In this document: piece after piece, positions 59,690 through 64,000 of the stretch
Position numbering within the stretch: the stretch's first letter is position 1
Layout of the letters: every line of letters begins with the position of its first letter
From: an uncultured Armatimonadetes bacterium
GTDB taxonomy: Bacteria > Armatimonadota > Hebobacteria > Hebobacterales > Hebobacteraceae
DNA: 64,000 bases
Assembly: GCA_963716175.1 (NCBI GenBank)
Contig: OY970296.1
Span: forward strand, 4,000,001-4,064,000
Reading direction: 5' to 3'
The notes under the pieces: model-generated
The model's input: the letters and a program-made list of their open reading frames with translations, nothing else
The model's database searches: none
Told to the model about the DNA's origin: nothing
Position numbers and translations under genes: made by a program

Positions 59690-60427
59690 TCAGTGCACCA
59701 TCGGCACGAAGATCACCGGGATCACGGCCGTGGATTCCAGCTTGCCGTGTCGCTTCCGCAGCAGGTACAGGGTCTGGTGGCCCGCCGTCTCGCCGACCGG
59801 GATCACCATCCGCCCTCCCTCCTTGAGCTGCTTGCCCAGGGGCTCTGGCACGTGCTCCGGCGCGCAGGTGACGATGATGCCATCGAACGGTGCCTGCTCC
59901 TTCCACCCCTGATACCCGTCTCCTGTTCTCACCTTCACCCTGCTATAGCCGAGCCGCTTCAGGGTGGTGGCGGCCCGCTGTGCCAGCTCCGGCAGGATCT
60001 CGATGGTGTAGACGTTGGAGGTGAGTTCGGCCAGGATGGCGGCCTGGTAGCCGGAGCCGGTGCCGATCTCGAGCACTTTGTCGCCCTTCTTGATCGCCAG
60101 CAGCTCGGTCATCAGGGCCACGATGTAGGGCTGAGAGATCGTCTGACCAGAGCCGATCGGGAGGGGACGATCCTCATAGGCATAGGGCCGCCGCTCCGGA
60201 GGGACGAACTCCTCCCGGGGCACTTTCCCCATCGCCGCCAGCACCGCCTTGTCCTTGATCCCGCGCAAGCGGAGCTGCTGGCGAACCATCATCTGCCGCG
60301 CCTTCGCGGGGCCGGAGAGCGCCTGCTGCGGCCGAGCCGCAGGACGCGCGCGGCAGGAGGCGAAAACCAGGAGAGAGGCCAAAGCCACGGCCGAGGCGAA
60401 CGTGCGCAGGGAAATCCGCTCACCCAT
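59690..60427 (-). CDS. pcm: Protein-L-isoaspartate O-methyltransferase
   Basis: GQTISQPYIVA, VLEIGTGSGYQAA, APFDGI, FVPM. Confidence 0.95.
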   Translation of the reverse strand: MGERISLRTFASAVALASLLVFASCRARPAARPQQALSGPAKARQMMVRQQLRLRGIKDKAVLAAMGKVPREEFVPPERRPYAYEDRPLPIGSGQTISQPYIVALMTELLAIKKGDKVLEIGTGSGYQAAILAELTSNVYTIEILPELAQRAATTLKRLGYSRVKVRTGDGYQGWKEQAPFDGIIVTCAPEHVPEPLGKQLKEGGRMVIPVGETAGHQTLYLLRKRHGKLESTAVIPVIFVPMVH

Positions 60428-60606
60428 CGGGCATCACCTCAGGTGAGGTTTCGATGTGACCGGACCAGCCCCTGCCCAACAGGCAGGGGCTTTGCTCCTG
60501 GCGCGGCTTGTCCCTCACTGCGCCTGTCCGCCTCCGGCGGGCCCGTGACAAACCCACGCCACTGGGCGCGGGCCTGTGCTATAATCCGGTCAAGCGAGGT
60601 GACGCG

Positions 60607-60980
60607 ATGGGACCCTATGACATGGCGCTCGTGGACGAGATCCGGAAACGCCTGAACGCCTCCTATGACGAGGTGCTGATGGGCCTGGAGGAGAGCGACG
60701 GCGACATGCTGCGGGCGCTGGCCGCGATCGAGCGCCGCCGGTCGGAGCAGAAGGCGGCGGAGCAGAGCGGCGAGCTGTTCGGGCGGGCCATCGGCCTCGC
60801 GCGCGAGGGGCGGCTGAAGGGCCTACGGGTCAAGCTCGCCGACCGGCCCGTGCGAGACCTGCCTCTGCCCAAGGGGTTGGGCGGAGCCCTGGTGGGCGAG
60901 CTGGTTTCGACGCTGTTGTCCCAGCTCACCGTGGACCTGATCGAGGGCGAGCCCGAGGAGCCCGAAGCCGAGGACGCCGA

Positions 60981-60984
<4 letters not shown>
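60607..60984 (+). CDS. UBA-like + DUF4342-like hypothetical protein
   Basis: [10 protein letters not shown]......LEE..GD...AL pattern; position directly upstream of glyQ. Confidence 0.6.
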
Positions 60985-61925
<941 letters not shown>

Positions 61926-62027
61926 CGGCCTCTGGCCGAAGCAGTGCCGCCGCAAGAGGCGAAAGTACCTGGCTTCGCCGTTGTTCCTGCCGCACCACCG
62001 GGAACGAGAGTCGGGAGACAGCAAGTC

Positions 62028-63827
62028 ATGCGCCAAGTGATCCGGACCCTGGCCGCCACTCTGCTCTTCGCAGCAGGCCTCTGCCTCGAGGCCCAGGCGG
62101 CCAGCACGCTGGTGTTCAAGGTGGTGGCGGTGCAGGGGAAGACGGGCGTGGCCGGTCGCATTTACGCCGGCTCAGAGTCAGTGATGACCCTGGGCGGCTA
62201 TGGCTGGAAATCCATCGAGGCGGCGCGAGACGTCGCCCACAGACTGAACGCGCTGGCCGACGAAGGGCTGCGCCCGGACGAAGTCAGCATCTGGACTGAG
62301 CGCAGGACTCACCTGCTGATGGCCCGGGGCGAGCGCATCGTCACCGTTGACAAGGTCGTTGCCAAAGCCCAGGGCGCGGACCGGGCCTCGCTGGCGCGAG
62401 CCTGGGCACAGAACCTGCGCGCTCAGTTCGGCCGGCCCTACCTGGCGGCCGCGCCGGTGCTGGTGCCAGTAGGTGAGACGCGGGCCGCCCCGGTGAGAGG
62501 CAACATCGCGGGGGATCTGCTGGTCGCAGCGGCGGCGCCGTTCGTGAGCGCCACCTGGGACAAGTCCGCCAAGCAAGTTCGCGTGCTCGGGCTGCAGCCC
62601 GGGCGCACGGAGCTGATCCTGGAGGACAGGGAGAATGTGCTGCGAGTGCCGGTCCGCGCGGCCAAGTACGCAGCCCAGCTCGTGGCTTCGATCCCCGCCG
62701 CGGTCACTGGAAGCCCGGCCTCCCCGGAGCTGGTGGCGCGGGCGGCGAGGGCGGCGGTGGGCGCCGGTCTCAGCGCCGAGCCGGGGGCCTGGATCAGCGT
62801 CACGCCATCGGTCAAAGGCACCGGCAGTCTGTGGCCGGGCAAGTCAGTGGCGGTGCCGACGCAGATCTCGGCCGCAGGCCCCGAGTATCTCTCCTATCGC
62901 GCCACGCCGGCCGTGCCCGTCCGCAACGAAGTCGTGGCCACGGGCCCGGCCAACCTGCTGATGGTCAGCAACTACCCCGAGCGCCTGCGCAGCCATGGGC
63001 TCTGGTTCGAAGGGAAGATCAAGGACTCGGATTCGATCCGATTCCTCTACCATCATGTCAACGCCACCCGCGACAGCGCCGATCTGGTGGTGGAGCTGTG
63101 GAATCTGGGCGAGGAGACGGCCCGGGTGCAGGTGGTGGCAGGGCTGGCGGGGCCTTCCTACGATGAGGCTTGGGTGGGACATCGGGCGGCGAGCGAGTTC
63201 CTGGTGGACCGCGCCGCGAATGCGGGCTGGGTGGTGCCGGCGCCCGCAGGCGCGGCGACTCCGGTGGTGGCGCAGCGGATGCCTCCGGGCTCGGTGGTGA
63301 GCGGCATTCTCGAGTTCCGCGCTCTGGGTCCGGCCAACCTCAGCCTGCGGCTCTACCTCGCCCCCTCCCTCTCCCAGCGACTGCCGCGCCGCATCGAGAG
63401 CTATGCGGAGTCCCCACTGCTGGGCCAGTGGCATTACCCCCAGCCGCGTCGGGAGGTGCGGGCCCGCTACGAGGTGGGCAGGGACTGGGCTTTCATCACC
63501 ATCGGGGACAAGGCGGCCCCCGGGCTGGTGGCCGGGGATCAGCTCGCAGGTAGCTACGGCGTGATGTACGACATTGAGCTGGACCTGGCCAATCCCACGA
63601 GCGAGGCCGCGCGGGTGGCCGTCCTGCTGGAGCCGGCCGGAGGCCCGGCGCGGGGGGCGCTGCTGGTGGATGGTCAGCCAGTGGAGACTGCGCTCCTGAG
63701 CAAGAACGCCGAGGGCCTGGTGGCGCGTTACCTGCTGGCCCCTGGGGAGACGAGACGGGTGCACATCCAGACTCTGCCGCAGGGGGGGTCGAACTATCCA
63801 GTGCGACTGGTGGCGCGGCCCAACTAA
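62028..63827 (+). CDS. Exported hypothetical protein
   Basis: Signal peptide; LMVSNYPE, RFLYHHVN, GSYGVMY, GGSNYPV. No function assignable. Confidence 0.7.
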   Translation: MRQVIRTLAATLLFAAGLCLEAQAASTLVFKVVAVQGKTGVAGRIYAGSESVMTLGGYGWKSIEAARDVAHRLNALADEGLRPDEVSIWTERRTHLLMARGERIVTVDKVVAKAQGADRASLARAWAQNLRAQFGRPYLAAAPVLVPVGETRAAPVRGNIAGDLLVAAAAPFVSATWDKSAKQVRVLGLQPGRTELILEDRENVLRVPVRAAKYAAQLVASIPAAVTGSPASPELVARAARAAVGAGLSAEPGAWISVTPSVKGTGSLWPGKSVAVPTQISAAGPEYLSYRATPAVPVRNEVVATGPANLLMVSNYPERLRSHGLWFEGKIKDSDSIRFLYHHVNATRDSADLVVELWNLGEETARVQVVAGLAGPSYDEAWVGHRAASEFLVDRAANAGWVVPAPAGAATPVVAQRMPPGSVVSGILEFRALGPANLSLRLYLAPSLSQRLPRRIESYAESPLLGQWHYPQPRREVRARYEVGRDWAFITIGDKAAPGLVAGDQLAGSYGVMYDIELDLANPTSEAARVAVLLEPAGGPARGALLVDGQPVETALLSKNAEGLVARYLLAPGETRRVHIQTLPQGGSNYPVRLVARPN

Positions 63828-64000
63828 CCGCGCCCGCCCAAGCCCGGCGTCTCGCCGTTCCGCTATCCCGTTGTGCTGGCTGGCCGCCCTGTCTGCCGCC
63901 GCGCTCGCCGCGTCACCAGCCGCGCTCCCGCGGCTGATCGCGAGCCAGTATGCGCAAGTCTATGCCGAGCCGAGCGCCAGTGAGGTGGCGACGCGGGTGG

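Noticed and set aside
60467-60493. AGCCCCTGCC-CAACA-GGCAGGGGCT hairpin as an IS200/IS605 end
   Set aside because: Single hairpin with no tnpA/tnpB or partner end nearby; cannot be distinguished from an ordinary terminator-like stem.
63830-64000. Start of another exported-protein gene running off the window
   Set aside because: A signal-peptide-like stretch is visible, but no confident start codon or family can be assigned from the fragment.

Overview
High-GC bacterial chromosomal window. It is probably from Armatimonadota; this is an inference from the prepilin/H-X9-DG (DUF1559-type) gene, the HEAT-repeat proteins and the Firmicutes-like ispH-DUF512-der-plsY-gpsA and DUF4342-glyQ synteny. 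Most genes are housekeeping: a dnaK-hsp20-dnaJ-hspR-clpC-type heat-shock operon with a HAIR-like operator, mreD-mrdA, der/plsY/gpsA, ispH, lpdA, bioY, ahcY, glyQ and tRNA-Thr(CGT). Four things stand out. (1) An ~11 kb exopolysaccharide-type locus (possible beta-barrel, two GHL10/GHL13-like hydrolase domains, two DUF2334-like domains, GT2 synthase, HEAT protein) has an unusual regulatory head: a cluster of six GGA (CsrA-like) motifs, a 65-aa Com-like zinc ribbon, then paired AGAGCC motifs overlapping a terminator-like hairpin. (2) A complete IS110 element has ends that can be read from the sequence: a GGAG core repeat, a circle junction that builds a perfect TTGACA-17-TATAAT promoter, a bridge-RNA-like non-coding region, and an insertion site in the Shine-Dalgarno sequence of a host gene. 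(3) A RAYT (TnpA-REP) gene is flanked by REPIN-like GTAG repeats, and many diverse GTAG REPs are dispersed through the window. (4) At least two MITE-like families are present, plus nested mini-hairpin repeats. Five genes carry single frameshifts that most likely reflect assembly indels. All functional calls come from motif recognition only; no searches were run.
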